A stretch of DNA of 64,000 nt from Mobula hypostoma (Eukaryota). The position numbers and the translations under genes were made by a program. A model generated the notes under the pieces. It did no database searches. It was not told the origin of the DNA and saw only the letters and a list, made by a program, of their open reading frames with translations. How positions within the stretch are numbered: position 1 is the stretch's first letter; the number at the start of each line of letters is the position of its first letter. Shown in pieces: positions 39,800-51,849 of this stretch. Location of the stretch: NCBI RefSeq assembly GCF_963921235.1, contig NC_086097.1:80168001-80232000 (forward strand), read 5' to 3'.

Positions 39800-40277
39800 G
39801 GCCAATTTATACTTCTGCGTCAAATGTACGACGTCGGTACCGCGTACCCTATGCCATAGGGTGACATGCACCTCCCCCAAAAATTAACTCACGCGTCACG
39901 GCGACGCAAACCGCAACAACTGTGATTGGTCCGCTTGGTAGCATCGCATTTCCTCCTACGCATTTCTGGTTGCTTTTCTCCTCCATGTCTGTACACTGAT
40001 GCGAAATAAATGGTTGGAGACGATGAACCAAATCGTCAAATCTACCTGCTGACATCTGAAAATATTTGAAATGCATTTCTTTGTCCATGTCTCTCACGAA
40101 GAAAATCAACACAGTGGCATCGAAACCCCACCACCAACTAGCATTTTGGCGGTGAATTGCAGAGTGACGCAGACACAGCTACACATGCTCACTACGGCGT
40201 AGGGCTACGCAAAAGTATAAATCAGGCCTACGGTATAGGCTACAGCGTAGCCCATATGCACAAGTATAAATCAGGCT
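39800..40277 (-). mobile_element. Non-autonomous PIF/Harbinger transposon inserted in the Gypsy LTR
   Basis: TAA TSD on both sides; TIRs GGCCAATTTATACTTCTGC and GCACAAGTATAAATCAGGCT; transposase N-terminal remnant [31 protein letters not shown]. Confidence 0.85.
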
Positions 40278-41259
40278 TAAATGTTATCTTGGGCTCTCCT
40301 GTGCTTTTCTTTCGATTAGTTTTTGCAGTTGCAAAACATAACAGTAAGCAATTATCAATCATGCCCCAGGCAGGATGGCATTTATTGTAGATTCCCAGTC
40401 AGATATATTTTGATGGGCGGAAGAAAAGACAAGGCAATGTGGCTTAATTAACTGAAAAATAAAAGAGACCCCGATTTAAACACAAACAAGCTGCAGCAGA
40501 TAAAGAGTTAAATCTTAACATACCCAATCTAACAGAGTTGAAAAGCTTGTGAGCCAAGTTGAAAGTGAAATATTTTAAGACAAAATTAATATTGCTTTAG
40601 TTTTTATTTTTTTACTTGACTGAATCTCAGCTGATGTTCTTGACAAGTTCTTGTCATACCTATTATCATCCAGACGCAGGTCAAAATTATGTTAACAGTA
40701 TTTGAACTGAAGCAGCAGAAAATAGAAACCTCAGGCCAAAACAGATGCAGCCAAATAGGTCATGATGGAAAAGTTCAATTAGGCATTACAAATTGTACTA
40801 AATTATCATGTGAATTTGTTATGTATATAGATGTATGAAATGCAGATACCTTGATTATAAATGAGGTCGTGTGACCTGTCATAGCGGTCAAACATGAAAA
40901 ATTAAATCACACATTATTGGAAGCTTTCAAAATGTTGTCTTTATTTTACTTCATTAGCAAAGCATTATAGATTTATTTTGAGGTACTGTACCAGCCGTTA
41001 TTGATTTATCCATTGCTATCTATTTCATGAGTTTGTGGAAATAATTTATGTGACCTAAAAGGTGTGCTACATAACCTTTCAGAACATTTTTTTGCACTGA
41101 TCAAGTCATTTGCTCAGTACTCTTTCAATGGACTGTATCACTTTTTTGTTGTTATGTTACAGAAGACATCACTAGATTCAGCTCTGATGCAATGAAAGCT
41201 GAGCTTATTGATCATTATTAGGGAGAGTGTAGCAACAGTTCATCCAGAGACTTGGTTTC

Positions 41260-41400
41260 GATCCTAACCATGAATACTGTCTTTGTGGAGTTTTGTTCAT
41301 TCTCCCTGGGAGTGTTCTGGTATCCTTTCTCATCTCAAAGATGTATATCAACTGGCTACTGTAAATGGTGCCTATTATAGATGGGCAGCCATCGAATAGG
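41260..41400 (+). mobile_element. Degenerate V-SINE / HE1-like SINE (another core fragment at ~41797-41880)
   Basis: B-box-like GGTTTCGATCCT followed by GTGGAGTTTTGTTCATTCTCCCTG. Confidence 0.55.
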
Positions 41401-43214
41401 AGAGGGTTGATGGGCACATGAGAGAGGACCAATTACAGAGAAATATGGGGCAATGGGACGAGTAGGAACAATTAGGGAGATGACCTAGCTGCAATGGGAT
41501 GAACATGAGAAAATAACTATGAATAAAGCTTTCTTGTGGTGAACCCCCAAATAAGATGTTCACCTTAGATACCATAATCCTAATTCCAGCACTAGTGAAA
41601 TTGGGTGCAAGCCACTGTGATTTTCTTTGTATTCTTCACTGCAGTTTACCTTGAGCCAACCACTTCAGTTAGGAACTACCACTCTAGGGATTCTCAGTCA
41701 GGAAAGCACAAGTGCTTCTCAGTGCAATTATGTGTAATTCTGTAATTAATGCATTCAAACATACATAAGGTCAGTGTATAGCTGAAAATCTTACACTGTG
41801 TGGGTTTCCTCTAGGGGCTCTGCTTTCCTCCCACACTGGCCGGTTAATTGTCCACTATAAATTGCCCCTGCTGTGTAGATGAGAGGTAGAATCTGTTGGA
41901 GGAGACGAAGTTGATGGGAAATGAGGGAGATAAAATAGATAATTCATAAGTTTCATGAACTTCAGAGAGAAGAAATTCTCATCTCTGCATTTATTCAGAA
42001 ACTATGTCCTTTGCTTATATTCCCCATGAGTGGAAACATCCTGCGCATCTATGAAGACCTTCTGAATCTTATTTGTACCAACAAAATCATCTATTTTTCT
42101 TCTAATGAGTATAGGCCTGTACTTCTCAACCTTTTCTCATAAGACAAATGCTGCAACCTAGGCATCAGTCTTAAAACTTGATGAAAAGATTTTGTGAAGT
42201 CAAGATGAATGTTAACAGGGATTCTCTCTCAAGCAATTGTAAAGTTCCATGAAAGCGGATACAGCTGCTCTATGTGAGCTGTACAGATATGTGTTGCTAA
42301 TGCTGATTGTCAAAGGTAGCAGCAGGACAGGCCCTGATGGTGGACTCATAAGAGACAGTGTGCAAACAGGTGTTTGGAATGACACTTTCTGCTCTTGTAA
42401 ATCCCAAAGTTTGCATATTTTAGACCTGCCGTCAAGAAACATTCCATGCAGCTGGCAGGAACAGACGCAGGCGACAAAGTTCTGTAAAATGTCAAGTTTC
42501 AGGCAGTGGGTCTGAGGTGTGCTGGGCCAAAGCCAATGTTTATGGCAAAGCCTATCTGGCCTGTGGAGACTTTTTCCACGATTCATTCACATGCAGGCAA
42601 TGTCTGATTCCTCAACAGGTCAGGAATTTGTTTGAAAATAGAAATAGATGGTTTTTTGAAGAGGATGTTAAAAAGTTATGACAAGGAATTCTAGCATAAT
42701 ATTAGATTAAAGGGTTACTGCCCAGGTTCAGGTGTGATGATAAAACAGGTTCATTACTGTGTAACTTCCATAATTTATTGAGTATGTCTGACAGTCATTT
42801 GATGTCTAGCAAAAGGGGAAAAAATCCAAGGCATCTGAAACATTCTGTAAATTATGAACTATGCATGGATTTTAGGCCTGGATAGTTACAGTGGTGGGTT
42901 GGGGGTGTGTGGTAAGGGTTTTTGTACAGGGTATAGTCTGTGGGTGGTGTAGATGTTGGACAGGAAAGTCCTATAAGTCCAGGATTGCCTTCATGCTTTG
43001 GAGATTTAAAGTCAGAGCCTGCATGCTCTGCCTCTTCCAGGTTTCCCACCAGGAAGTCAGCCTGACCAACACTTGGCTTGGCTTCCAACAAGATGGAGAA
43101 GATCTAGGATGAGGCAGCTGCTGAATGATTCCTCTGCTGTGGGCTTGGGAACAATCGATAATGCATTAACTGGAAAACTTAACAATTCTTCTTGTGAAAG
43201 CATTTTTGCATAGA

Positions 43215-45010
43215 CAGCAAATGGTAGGACACTAAAGAATGCTGTTGATTAGAGAGATCAAGAGGGTCAAACCCATAATTCTCTGAAAGTGACAACATGG
43301 GTCAATATGTAGGTGGTGAAGAAGGCAAATGGCACGGAGTCAAAAGAGACTGTAGATGCTGGAATCCAGAGCAGGAAATAAACTTCTGAAGGAATGCAGC
43401 TGGCCAAGAAGTGGGAAGAAAGGAATTGTTGAAGTATTAGGTTGAAAGCCTGCATTGCGTCTCAAGAAACCCTCATGCAGGGTTTCAACCTGAAATAGCA
43501 ACAGTTCCTTTCCTTCCAGGGAAGGTGTATGGTGCAAGTAGGGCAGGGCATAGAGTGTAAGAGTTGTGATGCCATGTTGCAACTGGACAAATGAAAGGTT
43601 AAGTCATATCTGGAGTGCTGTGTACATTTCTCACTATAGGCAGGATGTAATTGCACTGGAGAGGATGTTCCCTGGGTAAGTTGATTTTAGTTATGGGGAA
43701 AGATTCAATAGGCTGGGTTTATTTCCCTTATGTGAAGGAGGCTGAGAGGTGCCATGATAAAGTTATGTAAGATTATGAGAGACATGGATAGGGTGGATAG
43801 TCAAAATTTTCCTAGAGCTCCTGGGAATCAACATCTCAGAGGATCTACCTTGGTCCCAACATATTACTGCAATCGTGAAGAAGGCACATGAGCGGCTCTA
43901 GTTCATTATGGATTTGAGGAAATTTGATACATCGCTGAAGACATACAAATCTCTACAGCTGTATAATGGAGTATGGTTTCATCAGAACCTCTACACTGGA
44001 CAGGTGTTGAGGATCACAATAGGCTGCAGGAGGTTATAGACTCAGACAACTGCGTCACAGGTAGAACACCCCCACACCCCAGCAATGAGAACATCTTCAA
44101 GAGGTAGTGCCTCAAGAAAGTGGCATCCATCATGTCCCTCATCATCTGGGTCATGATATCTTCATATTATTCACATCAGAATTGAGGTACAGGAGCCTAA
44201 AGACCCAAATTCAGTGCTTTAGGAACAGCTTCTTCTCCACTGCCATCAGGTTTCTAACTGGTCCATGAACCCATAAGCATTAGCTCCTTATTCATCTTTT
44301 GCACTATTTATTTATTTTGGTAACTGTAGTATTTTATATGTCTTGTTCTGTACTGCTGAACACTGCCATGGATGACCCAAGCCCAGCTGCAAAAGGAGGA
44401 AGGTTGGGCATTGGTTTAGCAACCCCATCCCGTAAAAGCCCAGTGCTACAGAAACGGCAGCAGAGGCTCCAGAGACCTTATCCCTGGGAGAGGAAGGAGA
44501 AGAGGGGATACACTTGAGATAACTTGAGTGACTGGTCCAGGACAGGACTCTGGTTAGCTGTTGCTCATGGCCTATGCCCCAGAAGGGGTGATGGACTTAG
44601 TAAACTAAGTACTGTACTGCTGCCACCAATGACTAACTTCACAACATACATGAGCCATAATAAACCTAATTCTGATTCGGATCTTTGTCCCATGGTAGGG
44701 GTATCAAAAACAAGAAGGCATAGATATAAAGTGAGGGAAAGGAGTTCTAAAGGGGACTTGAAGGGCAAGCTTTCTTGACACAGGGTGGTTGTTTTCTGGA
44801 ATGTGCCACCAGAGGAGGTAGTGAAAATCTATATTGTCATTATACGTAGGTACAATGAAACTCTGTTTGGCTTCCTCTCAAGCAATTAAATAAGGATTTG
44901 GACAGACAGTTACATAGGCAAGGCAGAGAAGGATTCAGTCCTAATGGGGGGATGGACAATGAAGTTGTCATGGACATGATGGGTTGAAGGGTACTGAGCT
45001 GGATGACTCT
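43215..45010 (+). mobile_element. Old CR1 3' region hosting a palindromic PLE derivative (~43340-43518) and a Rex1 fragment (~43820-44680)
   Basis: CR1 motifs resume after each insert; the Rex piece ends in AATAAACCTAATTCTGATTC. Confidence 0.7.
44359..44611 (+). mobile_element. Short RTE-derived bipartite non-autonomous element with an 11-bp TSD
   Basis: CTGTACTGCTG at 44348-44358 and 44612-44622. An RTE-like 5' motif (GGTTGGGC..AGCAACCCCATCCCGTAAAA) is joined to an RTE-like 3' end (GGCCTATGCCCC..(TAAG)n). Confidence 0.65.
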
Positions 45011-45559
45011 ACAATCTTTATACAAATCAGATGGAGAATGCAGCGATGCTGAGCGCATCAGCATCATAGAATTCGTATGGGCTGATCTTAATATTGTAAG
45101 TATTAGGTGCATAGGCAGTTAAAATGGGTAAGTATCTCTGCTGATGCCCTGGTTGGGTCCTGATCAGAAACTGAGTTGTCAGGAAATAGAATGTAAAGCT
45201 GGTGGGATCAGCAAGAGGTTGCACTCATGTTGTACCTTCACACATGAAAGCAGAAGGTAGTCAGACAAATAATGAGCAGTTCTCATATTTGGTCCAATTA
45301 TTTTCTCAACATTAACATCATCTTTTGAGATTGAATGGTTCAAACCCCACAGTCCTATAGTTTACTGTAGTCCTTCATCACATATAATGGGATCCAACAG
45401 GTTGTGACAGTGAAACACCTTGTGTGTCACTCCCTTCTTGAGCATGCATTACTCATGTCCTCCAGAAGGTGGAATAATTATTATTCTAGAATAGAGAGAC
45501 TAGACATATTGTAAACCAAAGAAATGTGTTCAAAAATATATCTACCTTTAAGAGAGAGA

Positions 45560-47142
45560 GATATATTAAGGGAGAGGAGGTGTTGGAGTTGTTAAAATAC
45601 ATTAGGACAGATAAGTCCCTGGGGCCTGACGGAATATTCCCCAGGCTGCTCCACGAGGCGAGAGAAGAGATTGCTGAGCCTCTGGCTAGGACCTTTATGT
45701 CCTCGTTGTCCACGGGAATGGTACCGGAGGATTGGAGGGAGGCGAATGTTGTTCCCTTGTTCAAAAAAGGTAGTAGGGATAGTCCGGGTAATTATAGACC
45801 AGTGAGCCTTACGTCTGTAGTGGGAAAGCTGTTGGAAAAGATTCTTAGAGATAGGATCTTTAGGCATTTAAAGACTGATCAGGGACAGTCAGCATGGCTT
45901 TGTGAAGGGCAGATCGTGTCTAACAATCCTGATAGAGTTCTTTGAGGAGGTGACCAGGCATATAGATGAGGGTAGTGCAGTGGATGTGATCTATATGGAT
46001 TTTAGTAAGGCATTTGACAAGGTTCCACACAGTAGGCTTATTCAGAAAGTTAGAACTTCCAGGGAAGTTTGGCCAGGTGGATTCAGAATTGGCTTGCCTG
46101 CAGAAGGCAGAGGGTGGTGGTGGAGGGAGTATATTCAGATTGGAGGATTGTGACTAGTGGTGTCCCACAAGGATCTGTTCTGGGACCTCTACTTTTCGTG
46201 ATTTTTATTAATGACCTGGATGTGGGGGTAGAAGGGTGGGTTGGCAAGTTTGCAGACGACACAAAGGTTGGTGGTGTTGTAGATAGTGTAGAGAATTGTC
46301 GAAGATTGCAGAGAGACATTGATAGGATGCAGAAGTGGGCTGAGAAGTGGCAGATGGAGTTCAACCCGGAGAAGTGTGAGGTGGTACACTTTGGAAGGAC
46401 AAACTCCAAGGCAGAGTACAAAGTAAATGGCAGGATACTTGGTAGTGTGGAGGAGCAGAGGGATCTCGGGGTACATGTCCACAGATCCCTGAAAGTTGCC
46501 TCACAGGTGGATAGGGTAGTTAACAAAGCTTATGGAGTGTTGGCTTTCATAAGTCGAGGGATAGAGTTTAAGAGTCGCGATGTAATGATGCAGCTCTATA
46601 AAACTCTGGTTAGGCCACACTTGGAGTACTGTGTCCAGTTCTGGTCACCTCACTATAGGAAGGATGTGGAAGCATTGGAAAGGGTACAGAGGAGATTTAC
46701 CAGGATGCTGCCTGGTTTAGAAAGTATGAATTATGATCAGAGATTAAGGGAGCTAGGGCTTTACTCTTTGGAGAGAAGGAGGATGAGAGGAGACATGATA
46801 GAGGTGTACAAGATAATAAGAGGAATAGATAGAGTGGATAGCCAGTGCCTCTTCCCCAGGGCACCACTGCTCAGTACAAGAGGATATGGCTTTAAGGTAA
46901 GGGGTGGGAAGTTCAAGGGGGATATTAGAGGAAGGTTTTTTACTCAGAGAGTGGTTGGTGCGTGGAATGCACTGCCTGAGTCAGTGGTGGAGGCAGATAC
47001 ACTAGTGAAGTTTAAGAGACTACTAGACAGGTATATGGAGGAATCTAAGGTGGGGGCTTATATGGAAGGCAGGGTTTGAGGGTTGGCACAACATTGTGGG
47101 CCGAAGGGCCTGTACTGTGCTGTACTATTCTATGTTCTATGT
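45560..47142 (+). mobile_element. Relatively young CR1 LINE, 5'-truncated
   Basis: RT motifs with few lesions; (TTCTATG)n tail. Confidence 0.95.
46069..47079 (+). pseudogene. Uninterrupted C-terminal part of CR1 ORF2 (RT FADD region to stop)
   Basis: 336-aa open frame containing GVPQGSVLGPLLF, KFADDTK, LVRPHLEYC and WNALP. Confidence 0.9.
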
Positions 47143-48589
47143 TACAAGGTTTATGTGATATATAAACAAATAGCATAGAAAATAACTAAACATACTGCAC
47201 TACTTCTATGAGTAAGTTAACTGTTCTTTATTTACTCAAACTCTTAAAAACCTTATTGGTGCTAAACTTTGAAGAAAGTTATTAATGACCTAGTGAGTAC
47301 TGCATATTGCATGCGGAATCAGACAAGAAGGAAAAGTACTCATTTTTCATCGCATTAGGGAAACCCGAATGTGTATTATTGGTCAAGAAAGTACCTGTAT
47401 GTGAACATTGTTGAGAAGTGAGTGATGAGCAGATGATTTATTACAATTAGAAACTTTCTAAAATCTAGTGTTATTTTATGGTTAGATTTTGCTTGGGATG
47501 CTGAGAGAACTTTCTTACTCTTCCTTGGTTATTAGCATTTATCTGGTGTGTCCCCCAGTAGCTTCTTTTTAAGTTTCTATTTCATCTGAAGGATGACGTT
47601 TCTCACTGTGCACAATCCACCCAAGGCTTTATCTTCAAATATTTTAACCCTTGCCCTTTGGATTCAGAATTTTAGATCAATCAGCCAATATATTTCACTC
47701 CTTTCTTTATCAAATAAAAAGCAGAAGATAAAATAGTCAAATATATCGGTCTGCTCAGATCAGAAAGCAAATTGTACTTAATTGATGAGAGAGCCTCAGG
47801 TGCAGGTTGAGATTTTATAAACTGCATGTTTCAACTGCTAGGAAGAAAGAACACACAGTTGCACAGCATCACTTACGTGATCTCCAAAAATGCTATACAT
47901 TTGACTTCTGAAATTCCAGTTTCTCAATATCGAGAATTAACTAACTGAACTGCAAATTAATGTTACCACCTCAAACACATCATGGCCTCCTATTATTTGA
48001 CTCTAATATGACTTAAGCTATTCAAATAAACTATGCCAGAATACTTATTGGATTTTCTGGTGGGATATTTGGAATTAAACCTCTTATTCAAACATGTCAA
48101 ACAGGAACTTGTGAAAAGGTTTTAACAAATGCTTTGGATTCACGAATTGCACAGAAAGCACATTCAATAATTCCATTTAATAATAATACAAAGGAGAATC
48201 CTTCCAGGGAGGAATACTAGGCAACCAAACTGGGGCTGAGAGAATTTTTTGCTTTCTCCAACCTGGTTCTAGATAGAAGCGACTCCTTGAAGTTGCAGAG
48301 GTTACTGACTGCCTGGTGCTACTGAATGGGCATTGTACTTATCATGAATGAAAGCATGCTTCCCTGTACTCCGGGGGGACACAGGCCAGCCAGTCAGAGG
48401 GCAGATCAGGATCTAGGGGATGAATGGGTTGATGAATCAGTGATCAGAATGAGAATGGGGTGAAGGTGGCTGGGTCAGGATCAACTTTGGGGGATGATGA
48501 GATATTCTTCAAGTCAAGATGGCAATTTGATCAGCATCTTCTGGTAGACGACAAAACCAGAGAGGGGAATCTGTGTGGCCTGTCACTGT

Positions 48590-48990
48590 GCCTGGGGGAT
48601 ATCAACAAAGTTTTCTGTGTTTATGGATATGAATATGGATTTGAAATATGGACAATGGACTTACAGTTTTTTATATTCTGTGTTTTCGCCTGATCTTTCT
48701 CATGTTTTTGTGTGGTGGAAGGGATTTGGGGGCCGATGTTCTTGTCCATATTTTTGCGGGGGGATGGGAGTTTGGGGGAGGGGGTCAATGTTCTTGTTGC
48801 ATTTTGTGCGGGGAAGGGGGACAGGTTTGGAGCTTGATGATCGTGTTGCAGGGGTGGGGGTGGTGGGTTTGCTGTTTGTCTCTGAACTGACTTCCATGGT
48901 AATTTTTCTTGTTTTTTTTGGCTATCTGGAGAAGAAGAATCTCAGAGTTGTATACTGCATACATACTTCGGTAATAAATGAACCTTTGAC
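48590..48990 (+). mobile_element. Non-autonomous Rex-tailed element fragment
   Basis: G-rich body and a 3' end GAAGAAGAATCTCAGAGTTGTATACTGCATACAT..AATAAATGAACCTTTGA, similar to the ends of 54616-55400 and 56005-56805. Confidence 0.55.
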
Positions 48991-50228
48991 CATCAATAAA
49001 CATCAGAGGGCTGCTTGAGAGTTGAAATTTAGGCCCTCATCACTGATTCAAGAGAGTTGGGAAAATTTGGGAGTCAGTTAATAGGGGAATTCAGGGGAAA
49101 AATTGGACAGTTGCTGTGTCAGTGATTGGCTGACAATAAGTTAGGGGAAGATGGAGCTATCTGAGGGGGGTGCATTTCTGGGTATTGGCCTCATATGATA
49201 TGCTGTTAGGTTAACACATTACTGCTCACATCAGGAAGTTTCCAGCTAAATCAATGCAGAACACCACCTAAATATTTGTTACTGCATTTCAGTTGGTCCA
49301 AGCTTTATTTTTCATTTCTCAAAACCAAAATAACCATTGCTATCGAGTCTAATTTCTTGGTATATGTCTTTTTCTGCACCATATTTCAGTAAACGATTTC
49401 TGCCATTCCAGATCATACAGTTTGAAACTGCAATCACTCAGAACACTTGGCAGCATGTGTTGGTTAAAATTTATGAATTCCCTGAGAGTGATATCTGTGA
49501 ACAGTAAAATATATCTCTGATACATGAAAGCAAACATTGAATTTCAATATCATATCTATCATACTGTAAATTTAGAGTTGTATGCAAAATGAAGAGAGAG
49601 ATAAGAATATAGTTTTAGCCATTGTACTGGCAAAACTAAGGAAATGAAGTGGTAGCTCTGAATCCAGAAGTGATGCTGATTATTAACCTACCAATGCTGG
49701 CGTTCATTACCTGAGTATGTCTTCGAACTTCAAATAGTGTGACAACCACCTAGCTGGCAATCTATCTTGAAGTTTGTACTCAAAAAGAAAGACCTTTACA
49801 TTGGGAATACTTTCCCCTCTGGTGTGTTACTAATTGGACTAACATCGTGTATCTATATTCATAAGGGAATAAGAACATAATATTCAAGCCACGATCATTC
49901 TTCTGCTCTGCCAGTTGAAGTATATTAATAGTGAGAGATTGGAACTTCTTGCATTTTAGATCCTTAGCACCAGCAATGAAGAACTCAGTGCTACACAGAT
50001 CACTGTTCTGTGACCTGCTTTGGTCTTTCCTCCTTCAACAATATCTGCATTGTGTGACCTTCAGCTTTAACTTTACTAGTTAGAAATAGAGTCTGTGGGG
50101 TGAAATGCCGTAAGACCATAAGATATAGGAGCAGGAGTAGACTATCAAGTCTGCTGTGCTATTTCATCATGGCTGATCTATTAACCCCCTCAAATCTATT
50201 CTCCTGTCTTCTCCCTGTAAACTTTGAC

Positions 50229-50832
50229 GCCAACACTGAGGCTGTCTACAAGAAGGGTCAGAGCTGTCTCTACTTCCTGAGGAGACTGAGGTCCTTCAAC
50301 ATCTGCCGGACAATGCTGAGGATGTTCTACGGTCTGTGGTGGCCAGTGCTACCATGTTTGCTGTTGTGTGCTGGGGCAGCAGGCTGAGGGTAGCAGACAC
50401 CAACAGAATCAACAAACTCATTCGTAAGGTCAGTGATGTTGTGGGGATGGAACTGGACTCTCTCACGGTGGTGTCTGAAAAGAGGATGCTGTCTAAGTCG
50501 CATGCCATCTTGGACAATGTCTCCCATCCACTACATAATGTACTGGGTGGGCACAGGAGTACATTCAGCCAGAGACTCATTCCACCGAGATGCAGCACTG
50601 AGCGTCATAGGAAGTCATTCCTGTCTGTGGCCATCAAACTTTACAACTCCTCCCTTGGAGGGTCAGACACCCTGTGCCGATAGGCTGGTCCTGGACTTAT
50701 TTCATAATTTACTGGCATAATTTACATATTACTGTTTAACTATTTATGGTTCTATGACTATTTATTATTTATGGTGCAACTGTAACGAAAACCAATTTCC
50801 CCCATGATCACTAAAGTATGACTATGACTATG
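50229..50832 (+). mobile_element. Rex1/Babar LINE 3' fragment inserted in a minus-strand CR1 tail (~50110-51050)
   Basis: KKGQSCLYFLRRLRSF, CSTERHRKSFLSVAIKLYN; (ATGACT)n tail. Confidence 0.9.
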
Positions 50833-51849
50833 AAATATACCCAATGACTTAATCTCCAAAGCAGTCTGTGGCAATGAATGCCACAGATTCACTGCCCTCT
50901 GGCTAAAGAATTCTTCCTCGTCTCTGCTCTAAGGAGGTATCCCTCTATTCCGAGGCTGTACCCTCTGGTTCTGCACTTCCCCTCTACAGGAAACAACCGC
51001 TCCACGTCCACTCCAGCTAGGCCTTTCAATAAATGATGATGGGTTTTCATGATCTCTTCAGACTCCAATCCACTGCATAGCCCATTAATTTTAGCTGTGC
51101 AGTTTTTAGTTGCAGCACATGTATTGATAACATCACATTGCAATTGCTTCCAAGGAGCAAAACAATTGATATTTTGTTAAGTCTTCCTTTATTTTAAGCT
51201 ATTTTAAAATGTTCTGTGATACCAGTTGTACTGTCATTATCTCCTGCAATGGAAGTAAAGAATAGCTTCAACCCACAACCTTTCAGCTACAAAGCATGGA
51301 GAATAATAGTATTGTGTGCTTGTGGTTGCAGATAGTGGGCTGAATATATTCGACTTTGAAAACAGTGCATTTTAATTTAGACTGTTACATCAAAAGGAAC
51401 TTAGGCATTATATTGAGAAGAAAAGTTTAAGATGTCATTTTGCAAGCTGACTGAACATCAATAATGAGAGTGAAACAAACTTACATTTTGTTTTGAGGTC
51501 AGTGTGTTTGCTATTATTTCTGGGCAAATTGCCACAAGGAAAGGTTACCAATGTAACATCTTCAGCAGCTCGGTGATTAGGAGTACTCTGCGGTTTGGCA
51601 CATCCAATCAATGGCCTGTGGTGAGTTTGTTGATCTTAAGTAGAGCCCTGACAACTAAATATTCTTCCTTCTCCTAGTCAATGACCCTGCAAGAAAGAGT
51701 ACTACAGCAATACAGCAACATCTATGAAGTCAGCAGGCTGATGGGAGAATACACCACTATAATATTAAAACAGAGGTTGAAATGCCTATGCAGACAGTGG
51801 CTAAGACAAGCTCTTTCATGTCAAAGATCCATTTTCACCCATTTTGTGG

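Larger units (their letters stand above)
36830..40343 (+). mobile_element. Ty3/Gypsy LTR retrotransposon remnant (gag knuckles, protease, PPT, 3' LTR) carrying nested CR1 and Harbinger elements
   Basis: CHCCDRSSHTPDQC and RKCNKVGQIQKAC knuckles at ~37080-37185; protease LEMNGKLIGVELDTGSAAPVI at ~39140-39200; PPT GGCAGGGAGGAG, then LTR TGTTGTG (39620) to ATAACA (40343). Confidence 0.75.

Noticed and set aside
46069..47079. Intact 336-aa RT ORF as an active or domesticated gene
   Set aside because: The copy is 5'-truncated with upstream frameshifts and no endonuclease; the open frame reflects young age.
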